Source: Rhina ancylostomus (taxonomy: Eukaryota). Taken from it: a stretch of DNA of 64,000 nt. The notes below the pieces were generated by a model. It ran no database searches and was not told where the DNA came from. It saw only the letters and a list, made by a program, of their open reading frames with translations. A program made the translations under genes and the position numbers. The stretch's first letter is position 1; each line of letters opens with the position of its first letter. Location of the stretch: assembly GCA_030265395.1 (NCBI GenBank), contig JARFYF010000094.1, positions 91,232,636 to 91,296,635 of the forward strand, given 5' to 3'. Below are positions 39,786 to 52,369 of the stretch, piece after piece.

Positions 39786-40029
39786 AAGTAGACTAGTAGT
39801 AGGTAATCAGTTGGTATGCCCTTTATGCTCAGATGAGTAACTGTTCAGCTATGGTGAGTCATGCAACAGTTGCCAGTGGATGTTTGCTTAGAACATGTAT
39901 GAATTAGAAGATAATTATCAAAGAAAGAGAAGTATGAAATACATTTCTATTTTGTTCAAATTCATTGAATTTTTCATGAAAACTCCTTCAACCTGAAAAT
40001 ATCCAATTAAGAAAATATAACTCTCTTAC

Positions 40030-40080
40030 CCTTTCCAGCGTGATTTCTTCATATTCATAGTCTGTATCAGTACCATTGAC
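40030..40080 (-). CDS. dlg1: dlg1 exon leading into PDZ1 (51 bp)
   Basis: VNGTDTDYEYEEITLER. Acceptor TTTTGCAG, donor GTAAGA. Confidence 0.96.
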
Positions 40081-40919
40081 CTGCAAAATTCCCAAAGATA
40101 CAAGTAAATTGTGATGTCAGGTAAAGTAGTTGGGTCATATTAGGAGAAGCTAAAATACTTCACATTTCAATTTGATGGGTCAGAACTGTCATTAGGATTT
40201 TGGTAACACTGATTGTTTTATATGCTGAACACTGTGGTCACAAGAGAGAAAATGAACTTTGAAACTGGATTGCACTTTTGATCTAGGGTTTTTAGGTCCT
40301 CAATATTTTAACTTAAAGATAATGAATACGACAGATGATGAAATGTATTGCTTAACCCTGTGCAATTTCCATACATACATTACATCCAACTGCAGAATTT
40401 CATGATCCACAAATCTAAAAGCATTATTCATGTAACATTTTGCCAAATAAAAGTCACAGTTGCAATTTTTTCCATAGTGCAAATACATTAGATCTTATGC
40501 CACTATAAAAGAAATAAGTAAAGTGACGAATTGCATTGTGGCCTAACTACTTTTAATGTATCAGAGAAAACATTAGCACAATAATGTATAGTTGAAAGTT
40601 TAATAAGTGCTTTGATTTTGCACAAATTTTATTGTTGCTGACTGGCTGCAAACTGGATAAGCTATATTCATTGGAGTGTGAAAACTAATACTCGGAAATG
40701 ACACAATTGGCTAAGGGATAAACCAACATGAAGTAGTCCATAAAACTAGAAAGTGTGAAATCTAAGCAAATGAGAAAAGATTAATGAAGGAGAAATGGAC
40801 ATGCAAAAACAACAAAGAATGTCTTTCCTGAAACTGACTGGATAAGAGGGTAGATATTAATAGAACAGGAAAGCAACATTGATACATGGACATCGGAGAG
40901 CATGAAGCAAAACATTATC

Positions 40920-41495
40920 CAGCAAATTGCACTATAGACAGAAAACTATTGGCTTACGCCCTCAATGGATATGAAAGGTTTCCAGAGTCTTAGGCGGGGA
41001 TGGGCTGGCATGGTTACAGATTGGCTTCTAACAGATAGAAACAGCAGCATCTTACCCAACTTACTGATGCTACTTGATGGTTAAATGTAAGGTGGTATAA
41101 TTATTGGGTCAGAGAAGGATGATGGGAGATTTGATCAAAGTGTTGAGACTATAAGAAGCCTGGACAGGAGTAAATAGGAAGTAGCTTTTTTCCTCTTAGA
41201 AGAATTGAAATAAAAGGGGGCATGGAGCTAAAGTCATTAGTAGAACACTCAGCGAAAGAGAAAAGGAAAATGTTCCCCAACCAAAAGATGGTAAGAATCT
41301 GGAACTCATTTCCTGAAGCATTGGAGGCAAAAAAAGCCTTATCACGTTTAAATACTGTTTGGATGTGCAGTTTAAAACCCTTTGATTAACATAGCTATGG
41401 ACCTAGTGAGGGTGACACTGGATAGCTCTTTTTTTCACAAGTACAAACATGATGGGCCAAATGCCCTTCTTTTGTCCTACAGTTTCTATGATTCA
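40920..41495 (+). mobile_element. Degenerate CR1 3' fragment
   Basis: ggagatttgatcaaagtg, ggaactcatttcctg and gatgggccaaatg...tttctatgattc tail. Confidence 0.6.
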
Positions 41496-41864
41496 TTCAA
41501 TCATTTTAAGCATTCCCCAAGATGTAAACACAACTCTGCAAAATATTTACTTTACACAAATGAAATGCTTTGAAGGATCATAAAAAAATATCTCAACACA
41601 TGACACAAGGGAAGTATTCAGCACCATATGCTGCCATCCAAATTGACAGCAAAATGAAATGAGGACAGAAGCTTTCACTCAGATTGATGGGAAAAGTGAA
41701 AATGAGATTGGTTAATTACACTTCACATTTGTAGAGAAACAAATCTCTTGCCTGGTCTCTCGTTGNNNNNNNNNNNNNNNNNNNNNNNNNNNNNNNNNNN
41801 NNNNNNNAGAAAAAAGGTGCAACCAGTAAAATCCACATTACTATCAATCCTGCACTTGCAAGTT

Positions 41865-42207
41865 GAGTCATACAGTCACACAGTACGGAAACAGGCTTTT
41901 TGGCCTAACAAGTCTGCCCTGACCATCAACTGACCATTTTTTCACTAATCCCAATTTCATTCTCCCCACACTCCCATCAACAGTCCCCATCCCCGATATT
42001 CTGCCATTTACTTGTACACTGGAGGCCATTTACAGCAGTCAATTAACCTGCATGGCTCTGGACCGTGAAAAGAAACCAGAGCCTGGAGGAAACCCACATG
42101 GTCACATGGAGAATGTGTAAACTCCACAGAGACAGGACCCGAGGTCAGTACTGGACACAGGTTGCTGGAGCTGTGTTCAATACTGCAGCTCTCCTAGCTT
42201 TGCCACT
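41865..42207 (-). mobile_element. tRNA-derived V-SINE
   Basis: Reverse V-domain ggaggaaacccacatggtcaca.ggagaatgtgtaaactccaca, with a CR1-like tail. Confidence 0.75.
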
Positions 42208-43934
42208 GTGGATGAGGAACCTGAATAAAAGAAAGCACATTGACTGGGCTTTTCTCAACAAGTCACAAAATTTCTGGCAATCACACAAGCACAATTAAAC
42301 ATGGAAACTGATTCAGTCTCTGAAAAACTTCGGTATACATTCTTCTATCTAATTAGGTTGATCCTTTTCACCAGGCTCTAGATGCCCTGCAGAGCCCACC
42401 ACATTATCTGGAACTCTAATCACAAAAAATCCATAGAATGTCTGTGAATGTCATGAAAGGCAGTCACTGTTCATCCACCACCAGATTCTGCCAATACTCT
42501 TTTCCAATCACTTTAAAATGTATTTTTGACAATGCCAATTATTGATTCCTTATTCAAATGTTGGGAAAGCTAGACACATCTAAAAGAAATTTCTCAATCC
42601 AATTAATGCTACTTTTATAGCAGCAGAGGACAATGGTGAGAGTTGTACTATTGTAGCCAGTCTGAGGGCTTCATTCCCCTCTCCTTACAAGACTTGTGGA
42701 AACTGTGAAGTCTACAACAAACATCCTATTTATCAGCTTCCAAGTTACAATCATACAAGTCTCACAGGTTTCTTAGTTACAAGAACGATATGGGGAGGCA
42801 AAGGAAGAATTACAAACAAAATGGATACTTGGAAGTCATTTTAACAGTATCTGTAAAGTCCAAGAAGACGCTAACCAATATGGAGAAAGTACAAGTGAGG
42901 AAATTATTGAAGAATGAAATCAGGCATCAAAATACATCTTTTGTAATTTGCTCCATGCAACATTCCAGCAAGGGGATTTTCACAGTAGAATGATGGTAGT
43001 TAAATCTCAGAATGAAATTGTATCAGCTAAGCCATCTCTGAGGATACTATTCTTCAGTAGCCACAGCGAACAAATGCACAATTCAGGCCACTCTTATCAA
43101 ACCACAAACCAACAGGTTGGTCAGTATATTCCCCCTTGGGATGCTTGTCCAGTTCAAAGTTCAAGCACTTTGATTTATTCACACACAAGAGAGAAAAATG
43201 GCAGTCAAGCTATGGGTTTCTCCACTTCTCCAATGAAGAGATTGGCTTCATTTCTTTATCATACAAACATATTCCCTCCCTCTAACCAACTCTATTTACT
43301 ATTTTGCTGACAACTAGTAAAGGCCCCCAACAATTTGGAATTTCCTCCGAAGTATTCTGTTTGTGAGACAAGTGCTCAACTATTCAAGTTCATCAGCTGC
43401 ATGCATTCGGGTTTCTAGCTATCCTGAAATGAGGAAATTAGATATTAACAATTGGAAAGAAATAAATGACTGTATCTTTACTGTAAGATTGATGTTGATC
43501 ATGAGTATAAAAAATAAATTAAGAACAACCGAATTAAGAGATGAAATGATCCAACAGAAGATACAAATTTTAAAAGGTCACATTAAATGCACATCACTGA
43601 ATTGATGCAAAGATGCCATCATGTATATTCAACGCACAGCTAATGGTTTTTAATGAAACATACTACGTGGACATTGCAGTGTGCACTTATGTCTTTGAAG
43701 TAATGAAGTGCCCAGGGCACTATAACAGGATGCAACTGAGAACTGGAATGATGTCTGGTTACATTAACAGTAATGATTTCTGGAAAATGGGAAAATTTGC
43801 AGATGCTTCAATAATAGTCTGTGAGAAGACAGAACAAATTCGGAATACCATGGTAACACATGTCATGAGATAACTGGCAGATAATCAAGAATATGGTTAT
43901 TCATCATGTAGGATGTAGAAATTATTAGCTATGA

Positions 43935-44708
43935 CATATAGAACATAGAACAGTACAACACAGTACGGACCCTTCAGCCCACGATGTTGTGCAGACTTGT
44001 ATAAACCTTATTCCCATTCAATCTATCCCCCTCTCTACTACATCTCCCATAAGCCTCTATTTTTCTTTCGTCCATGTGCCTATCTAATAGTTTCTTAAAT
44101 AACCCTATCGTATTGGTCCCTACCGCTAACCCCAGCAGTGCATTCCAGTCACCCATCACTCTCTGTGTAATAAACCTACCTCGGACATCTCCCCTCAACT
44201 TTCCTCCACGCACCTTAAACAGGTGACCTCTAATATTGGCCAGTGCCACCCAGGGGAAATGGTGCTGGCTGTCCACTCTGTCTCTGCCTCTCATAATCTT
44301 ATGTACCTCCATCAAGTCTCCTCTCATCCTTTGTTGCTCCAAAGAGAAAAGCCCTAACTCACTCAACTTCTCCTCTTAAGACATGTTCTCCAACCCCGGT
44401 ATCATTCTCATAAATCTCCTCTGCACCCCCTCCAAAGCTTCCACATCCTTCCGATGACATGGTGACAAGAACTGAACACAATATTCCAAGTGTGGTCTAA
44501 CCAGAGTCTTACACAGCTGCAACATTACCTCTCGGCTCTTGAACTCAATCCGCCGGCTAACGAAGGCCAGCATACCATATGCCTTCTTAACAGCCCTATC
44601 CACCTGTGAGGTAACTTTGAGGGATCTATGAACCTGGACCCCAAGATCTCCCTGTTCCTCCACACTGCTAAGAATCCTACCATTAACCTCTACCTTCAAG
44701 TTCATTCT
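43935..44708 (-). mobile_element. Young CR1 LINE 3' end
   Basis: ORFs with LVRPHLEYCVQF, LGLFSLEQQRMRGDL and RVMGDWNAL; catagaaca tail repeats. Confidence 0.93.
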
Positions 44709-44989
44709 TNNNNNNNNNNNNNNNNNNNNNNNNNNNNNNNNNNNNNNNNNNNNNNNNNNNNNNNNNNNNNNNNNNNNNNNNNNNNNNNNNNNNNNNNNNN
44801 NNNNNNNNNTCACTGGCGCTGTAATAGCGTTACGTTAACCACTGCACTACCATGCCTGTCACTTCAAGGGAGATCAAGTGAAACAAATGTGCAATTCGTA
44901 TTGGTTTATTATTGCCACTTGTACTGAGGTACAGTGAAAAACTGGTCTTGTGTACTGTTATGCTAACTGCTACACTTCTGTACAATGGA

Positions 44990-45172
44990 ACCCAGCACCA
45001 ATCGCCATGTCACCCACTAATCACAGCCTCCCAACCCAAAAATGACCAGTTATTGGCTATCTCCCCTCTTACTTTTCAGTCCTGAGAAAGGGTCTCAGAC
45101 CAAAACGTCAGCTGTCTATTTCCCTCCATAAATGCTGCCTGATCTGCTGAATTCTTCCAGCATTTTGTGTGT
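44990..45172. mobile_element. Penelope-like terminal remnant
   Basis: cctgagaaagggtctcagaccaaaacgtc...atgctgcctgatctgctga...ccagcattttgtgtgtt. Confidence 0.6.
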
Positions 45173-45173
45173 T

Positions 45174-47277
45174 AACATAGAACATATAACAGTACAGCAC
45201 AGTATGGGCCCATGATAGTGTACCGACCTATATTAACCTTATCCGCATTCAATCTATCCCACTCTCTACTTCACCTCCCATAACCTATTTTTCTTTCGTC
45301 CATATGCCTATCTAATAGTATCTTAAATGACCATATCATATCAGCTCCTACCACCCACCCCGGCAATGCATTCCAGGAACCCACCACTCTCTGTGTAAAA
45401 AAAACCTACCTCTGACATCTCCCCTGAACTCTCCTCCATGACCTCTAGTATTGGCTATTACCACCCTGGGGAAAAGTTGCTGGCTGTCCACTCTGTCTAT
45501 GCCTCTCATAATCTTATATTCTTCTATCAAGTCCCCTCATCTTCCGTCGCTCCAAAGAGAACATCCCTAACTCACTCAACCCCTCCTCATAAGACATGCT
45601 CTCCAACCCAGGTAACATCCTTGTAAATCTCCTCTGCACCCTCTCCAAAGCTTCCACGTCCTTCCTACAATGTAGTGACCAGAACTGAACACAATATTCC
45701 AAGTGCGGTCTTACCAGAGTCTTATGAAGCTGCAACATTACCTCTCGGCTCTTGAACTTAATCCCCCAGCTAATGAACGCCAGCACACCATACGCTTTCT
45801 TAACCACCCTATCCACTTGTGTGGCAACTTTGATGGATCTATGTACTTAGACCCCAAGATCTCTGTTCCCACACACTGCTAAGAATCCTGCCATGAACCA
45901 TGTACTCTGCCTTCAAGTTCATTCTTCCAAAGTTTATCACTTCACACTTCTCTGGATTGAACTCCATTTCTGGCACTTCTCCGCCCAGCTCTGCATCCTG
46001 TCTAAGTCCTGTTGCAACCTACGACAACCACCAACCTCCGTGTCATTTGCAAACTTATCAACCCTTCCTTCAACTTCCTCATCCAAATCATTTATAAAAA
46101 TCACAAAGATCAGGGGTCCCAGAACAGATCCTTGTGGAACACCGCTAGTCACCAACCTCCAGGTCGAATACTCCCCTTCTACAACCATCCTCTGCCTTCT
46201 GTGGGCACCAATTTCAAATCAGCCAATTTTCCATGGATCCCATACCTCATAATTTTCTGAATGAGCCTACCAAGGGGAACCTTATCAAATGCCTTGCTAA
46301 AATCAATAAATACCACATCCACTGCACTACCTTCATCAATTTGTCTGGTCACTTCCTCAAAAAAACTCTATTAGACTCATGAGGCATGACCTGCCCTTCA
46401 CTATCCCTATTAAGACTATGCTTCTCCAAATGCTCATAAATCCTATCCCTAAGAATTCTCTCCAATAGTTTGCCCACCACTCACTGGTCTATAATTCCCA
46501 GGAATATCCAGGCCAGGGAGGACCACTAATGCTCCAGCAATCTCTTCCCTTGCTTACCATAGTAATATATCCCTTGGGTATATCCTTTCTGACCCCAGGG
46601 ATTTATCTATCCTAATGTTTGTTAGTAGCTCCAACACTGCTTCTTTCTTAACCTTGACACACTCCAAAACATTTGCCTGTTCTGCACTAACCTCACATTT
46701 GTGGGTGGTAAGTCCCTCTCCCTGGTGAACACTGAAGCAAAATATTCATTTAGGACCTCCCCACCTCCTTTGCTACCAGACACATTTTTTCCCCTTTATC
46801 CTTGAGCGGTTCTACCCTCACCCTAGTCATCCTCTTGTTCTTCACATATATGTACAACGCCTTAGTGTTTTCCTTAACCCTACTTGCCTTTGCCTTCTCA
46901 CGTCCCCTTCTAGCTCTCCTAAGTCCCTTCTTAAGCTCCTTCCTGGCTATCTTATAACTCTCAAGAGCCCTATCTGATTTCTGCTTCCTAAACCTTAAAT
47001 ATGCTTCCTTCTTCCTCTTGACTAAACCTTCCACCTCTCTTGTTAACCATGGTTCCTTCACCCTACCATCCTTTCTTTGTCTCAACAGGACAAAGCTATC
47101 CAGAACCCCATGCAAGTGGTCCCTAAACAACCTCCACATTTCTGTGGTGCATTTGCCAGAGAACACCTGTTCCCAGTTTACACTCCCAAGTTCTTATCTA
47201 ATACCATCGTAATTTGCCCTCCCCCACTTAAATACTTCCCCATAATGTCGGCTCCTATCTTTGTCCATGGCTATGTT
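45174..47277 (-). mobile_element. 5'-truncated CR1 LINE (~2.1 kb) with frameshifted RT
   Basis: [44 protein letters not shown] and KEPWLTREVEGLVKRKKEAY segments in broken frames. Confidence 0.95.
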
Positions 47278-48232
47278 GGTCAGCGAGTTGGTACAGCTCC
47301 TTGTTACAGCAGTTAAAAAGGATAGAAGTTTAGGAAAATTATAAAACTCAACAAAGTTGCTCCTTTAAAAGCTATGCCAATCGTCCAAATACATACAGGT
47401 TAACAGGTTATTCCTGATAATATAAAATAATTTAAGTTTCACAAAGAGCAATTAAAACATCTTTGGCAATAGATATTCTGATGAAATGAGGTAGTCCAAC
47501 TGACTGAAATGGTTTGGTGAATTCTCCTAAAGAATTTATTTGCAAATACATCAACTGCCAATGTATCCAACAACCAAAAAAAAATGATTTGTGGAAATTA
47601 TGAATTCTACAACAAAACAAATCAACATACTTAAATAACAATTCCTACCCTATAAATAACAAATTCTGTTGAATATATCATGTAATCCAAGTTGCTTTTA
47701 ATGTAGGAGTAATGTAAGATTTATTGTCTCGATAAGAGAGGGACAATTTTTTCCATCTGTGGAAAAAACATGTGTCTGCAGAGATAGAGTCAATGTGTTA
47801 ACATCTAAAATGAAGCTACATGATTGCATTTTAAAGCAAAATCATTAAAAATTGACATCCGGGCACAGAACTGGCAGATTACAGAGCCACTGCTCTGCAT
47901 TGAGTACTGCCGGCTACACAGACCAGGAACTTTAACTGAAAAGGTTGACCGCCATAGCTGGTCTGTACAAGAGTTTTCCTCCTCAAGGATCAGGAATGCA
48001 GAAACAACTTGGCAGTATTTGAAAATGCCCAGACGTCTGTCCACTGCTGGCAGCCTGCTTATATTTAATTCCAATGTTTTTATATTAATTTTCAAACACA
48101 AGAAGCACAATCAGAAAAGGCAATTCTTGCTATATGAATGGAAATGGAATTATAAAATGCTGCAAAAAATGTTCCTTTAAAACATTTTTCAAATCATCCA
48201 AGTGCAAACTGGTTTAAAAATAGATAACTTAC

Positions 48233-48286
48233 GTAAGGCTGAGACTCCAAACTATCTGTATTTACCACAACAGGAGGTGGATTAGC
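48233..48286 (-). CDS. dlg1: dlg1 exon I1B (54 bp)
   Basis: ANPPPVVVNTDSLESQPY versus DLG1 ANPPPVLVNTDSLETPTY. Acceptor TTTTTTAAAG, donor GTAAGT, phase 0-0. Confidence 0.96.
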
Positions 48287-50396
48287 CTTTAAAAAAGATG
48301 AAGACAACCAAGTTAAAATGTTAGAAATGCAAATCATGTTAACAATGCAAATCAATACACAATGCCTAAAATTTAAACACCGCATTCATTTTAGCCATTC
48401 CCACTCAAAAACAGTTGAATTACATGAAATACATTATTCTGTCATTCTGGCTGATAAATTGTGCTTCGTTTTGCAGAATTTTCTTGATACAACAGTCTTG
48501 CTATTTTACTGTTTTCTGAATTTTCCACAGAAGTGTTGTGATACAGTAGAGTTCTGTTTCTACGAGACAAATTGCAGCACAGAAACAGGCCACTTATATG
48601 CTCACCCGCCATGTGAGATTATCATTCCAAGTTACATTTATCCATTATTTTTCCATATCCTTCCATCTAACTGTCCAATATAAACCTAAATGTTGACACT
48701 TTCTGCTTCAACTACTATTTAAATTGAACTCAACAGCTTGACATACTTCTGAAGTATCTTCCTATAGCTTTATATCTAATCTGATCTGTGCAACCTCATT
48801 CTTGCCCTTTCAAAACATGGAAGTTTTGTACACCCTATCCTTTCATGATGTTTTAAAAACATTTGTATAATCCATAATAACAAAAGACAACTCTTTTACA
48901 TGATTTTTCTAATCACATATCATTACTCTGTACAGTATTGTTCCTAGCACTGTACACTAAGGTACAGTGTACCTAAGACTTAGTATTCACATTCTAAATC
49001 TGATTTTTTTTAAATGGCTTCATCAACTAAAAGGCATTGAATGCCCCTTGGATGCATGGTCCTGAAATGCTCCTCTTTGCTTGAATCAAAATGCATTACT
49101 TCACACATACTGATGCAGAATTTAAAATTACTTCATTTAACCCATTTACTTTCCTCTAGTTTTATGAAAAAATACACCTTTTGGAATGTAGACCCTCATC
49201 TAGAGGCACATGCAGTGAGCAGTAGAGGCCAGAACAATTTTAACCCCAGTTTTATGCTTTAATCCAGTTTACCATCCTCCAATATATTCCTTGTCCTTTA
49301 AATCCCATGTGGAAAACTTCCAAAAGATATCTTGTCTAAAGCTTTACTACCACTAATGTATAGTGGATTTTCAGCATTTTCCCCTTTTTTGATGAATTCT
49401 TTGTAGTAAAAGGCAAAGGTCTGCCAAGTAGAATTTTTCTTTTGAATTTCATACCAAACTACTACTTTTGCTTTAATTACATCCTTTGAGACCTTAATTT
49501 CTGTTGTCACTTATGTTCATTGAAAAGTATTTGAACTGGATCTGAGTAGAGTAAAAGGAAGCACCAAGTTGACCAAAAGAGGCACAAATATAAAAGAGGG
49601 TAATTGTAAACTTGGCACAATTTCCAAAACTGTTTTAAGATTGCAAAATGCAGAAGCTATGTAGAAAACTATCTGACTGCAGTTTCAGTAAGAGAATATC
49701 ATGTGAATAAGAGGCAGAATCAGTTAAAATAAAAACTCCTTGGAGCAACACACCCCTGTTGAAAAATCCAACATAAATAATTCATTTGGTCTTTTGAAGA
49801 TAAGAATGCATTTTCCTTTATGTTCCTTCATTGAGAAATGGGAATTTTTTATACATTAATAATTCAACTAAAACTTCTTTGTTCCACCTATCTAGGCCAA
49901 ATGCAATTAATATTTATAGCATTTATTCATTAAAAGTTACAGCTGTAAAGTACCTAAAAATGGACAAAACTATTTGATCATTTTAAGATCAGCATCACAA
50001 AGTATTTATTTGAAGCTGATAATTTTATAATGTATTCCATAGAAATCAAAATCAATATTTACTAATAAAATACATCATAACCAAATGATGTACCTCAGCA
50101 GAATTGTACCAAGATAGCCAATGTTCATGTTTTTCTTTGAGTTTTATTCAATGGTTTTATTACTTAATCAGGGATTGATCTTGTTTGTATGGACAGGGCA
50201 GTAAATAAGCACTGGCAAAGACAAAATACAAATAGTCAACCAAGCTTGATTTCATGATCACCTGCATGAGAAGGTACATTCCTATCCAAAAAGCAGGTAG
50301 ATGATGGGAAGAGGGGGAGGGGGAAGNNNNNNNNNNNNNNNNNNNNNNNNNNNNNNNNNNNNNNNATGTGTAAATTTCTTTACCCAAGGGGATCTG

Positions 50397-50655
50397 AACC
50401 ACATCAACCAGAAGTCAAGCAAGCGGCACAGAAATGGGATCAAGCAGACCAAATCTTATCAGTCTGAAAGGAGTTGATCTTGATTTCACACAAGGAACAT
50501 GCAGCTTGGCAATAAACACAAGAAAAAAGGTTTGAAGGCAAAAAGAAAAGAAATCACTGAGAAAGAAACCAAGTTTTGACAAGCTAATATCTGCAGCCCT
50601 TGGTTGGCAGCCATGGAAAAGATGCATTTTGAACAGCTTAATAAATATTAAAAAG
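50397..50655 (+). pseudogene. rpl29: Processed pseudogene of ribosomal protein L29 (eL29)
   Basis: Frameshifted segments NHINQKSSKRHRNGIKQTKS / SLKGVDLDF / RNMQLGNKHKKKGLK match RPL29 ([46 protein letters not shown]). Intronless, stop at about 50577, AATAAA at 50640-50645, then a short A run. Confidence 0.85.
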
Positions 50656-51817
50656 GATCAAAATTTTTGCTCTGTACTGAAAGTGCTTTGAGATCTGCAT
50701 GATTTGAAAACATGCTGCAGTCCACACTTTCATCCTCAGAAACATGTTGGTCTGTACCATGGAGCCCCAGGACTTGGTGTCTAAATTAAATCTTTGTTCC
50801 TACTACTAATTAATATATCAATTTCTGATACAAATGGATCTTTCTGTACTGATGTATATCCACTGAAATTGTTACAGGGTCAGAAATGATCATTTCCAAA
50901 CTTAATGGTTCATAAAATTCAAACAGGGAAAAACTAGGAAATTCAAAACACAAGCCTGAATATCAAACAACAGATTGCTCAGCACAGCAGTAACTTCTGA
51001 CTCTGAGCTGCACTATTAAATTACTGTGACCCAAATCATTTCTATTAGAACCAGATAGGCCAAAGCGAAATAGGCAAATGAAGTATTAAGACAATATATA
51101 TCTACACTGATCCAGTTGTTAAAATTCTACTTCAAAAGCTAGGGTATTTGACATTTTTGTCAGGCTTCCAAAATAAAAATATTTAAGGGTTCTGAACACT
51201 TGTTCATATCTTTGCCTTCTCCATGTTGCCAAATTAGCTCAATGTGTGCAAACATCTCAGCTTTCCCATTACACACGACATTTGCACATTAAATTCAAAT
51301 AGTTTTCAAAGAATCATTCTACTATTTATATAACACCTCTATCTCATCATACTCCTGAGGCAGGCAACCAGAACCAAAGAACACCTTGGACTTTGGGGCT
51401 CCACAAACACATTCACAGAAATTATTTCAAAGCAATAGATAGAACAGAAGTTGCAAATTTTGCTACACATTTTCCTGTGTAGACATCTCTGGATTGGCAA
51501 GTGAAAAGAATTCTGCCACAGTTGATCTGTACAATCAGCCAGATGATCCATTCCATTAATGGGATATTGTACTACATAAACCAGCCATTGTAAAGATGAA
51601 GTAATGCACTATTCTTACAGGAGACTAAAGGAAAGAAGTGGTGCAGTTTGAAGGATTACGTAATGTCAAATAAAACAAAAATAGGCATTTAAGAAATTAA
51701 AATACAAGTTTGCTATACAGGCAGCTGGTAAATCTGGAAATGGTGTACAAAATAATGAAAGGATCGGGCAGTATGCATTAGAAAAGGGCCAGTAACCTAG
51801 CAGGTCAATACTCTGGT

Positions 51818-52075
51818 GGGGCGGCACGGTAGCATAGCAGTTAGCGTGACACTATTACAGCGCCAGCGATCGGGGCTCGATTTCTGTCGCTGTCTGTAAG
51901 GAGTTTGTACATTCTCCCGTGTCTGCATGGGTTTCATCCGGGTGCTCTGGTTTCTTCCCACATTCCAAAGACATACGGGTGGGTTAACATGGGTTTAAAA
52001 TGGGCGACACGGACTTGTTGGGCCGAAAGGGCCTGTTACCACGCTGTAAATAAAAATTAAATTTAATTTAAAAAA
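51818..52075 (+). mobile_element. tRNA-derived V-SINE
   Basis: ggggcggcacggtagcatagcagttagc...gagtttgtacattctcccgtgtctgc...gggccgaaagggcctg with an A/T tail. Confidence 0.85.
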
Positions 52076-52270
52076 AACAAGTGAACTGCAGGATTTGATG
52101 CTTATATTTTCAGCCAAAGTTGGCATGTCTCTTTGGTTCTAATTGCTGTTCATAGAAATGCAGTGATCTAAAAAGAACATGATATTAAGATTGAACAATG
52201 CATAAAATAAGTTTTGAATATACAGCAACAAAATCAAAACATTCAAAAGAAAAAGAAAAAGGAACAAAAC

Positions 52271-52369
52271 CTGTTGACTGTCAGACGAGAAGACACTGGC
52301 TTCAGCGGGGACTGGCATAACAGGGATCACAGGGATTACAGGAGTAGAGGGAGGAGTAGCCTCTATCTG
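52271..52369 (-). CDS. dlg1: dlg1 proline-rich alternative exon I1A (99 bp)
   Basis: QIEATPPSTPVIPVIPVMPVPAEASVFSSDSQQ resembles mammalian DLG1 I1A (PTEAVLPSPPTVPVIPVLPVPAENTVILPTIPQ). Acceptor TTTAG|CAG, donor CAG|GTTTTG, phase 0-0. Confidence 0.9.

Noticed and set aside
45174-47277. Active reverse transcriptase gene
   Set aside because: Multiple frameshifts, deletions and 5' truncation, and the catalytic FADD reads FAND.
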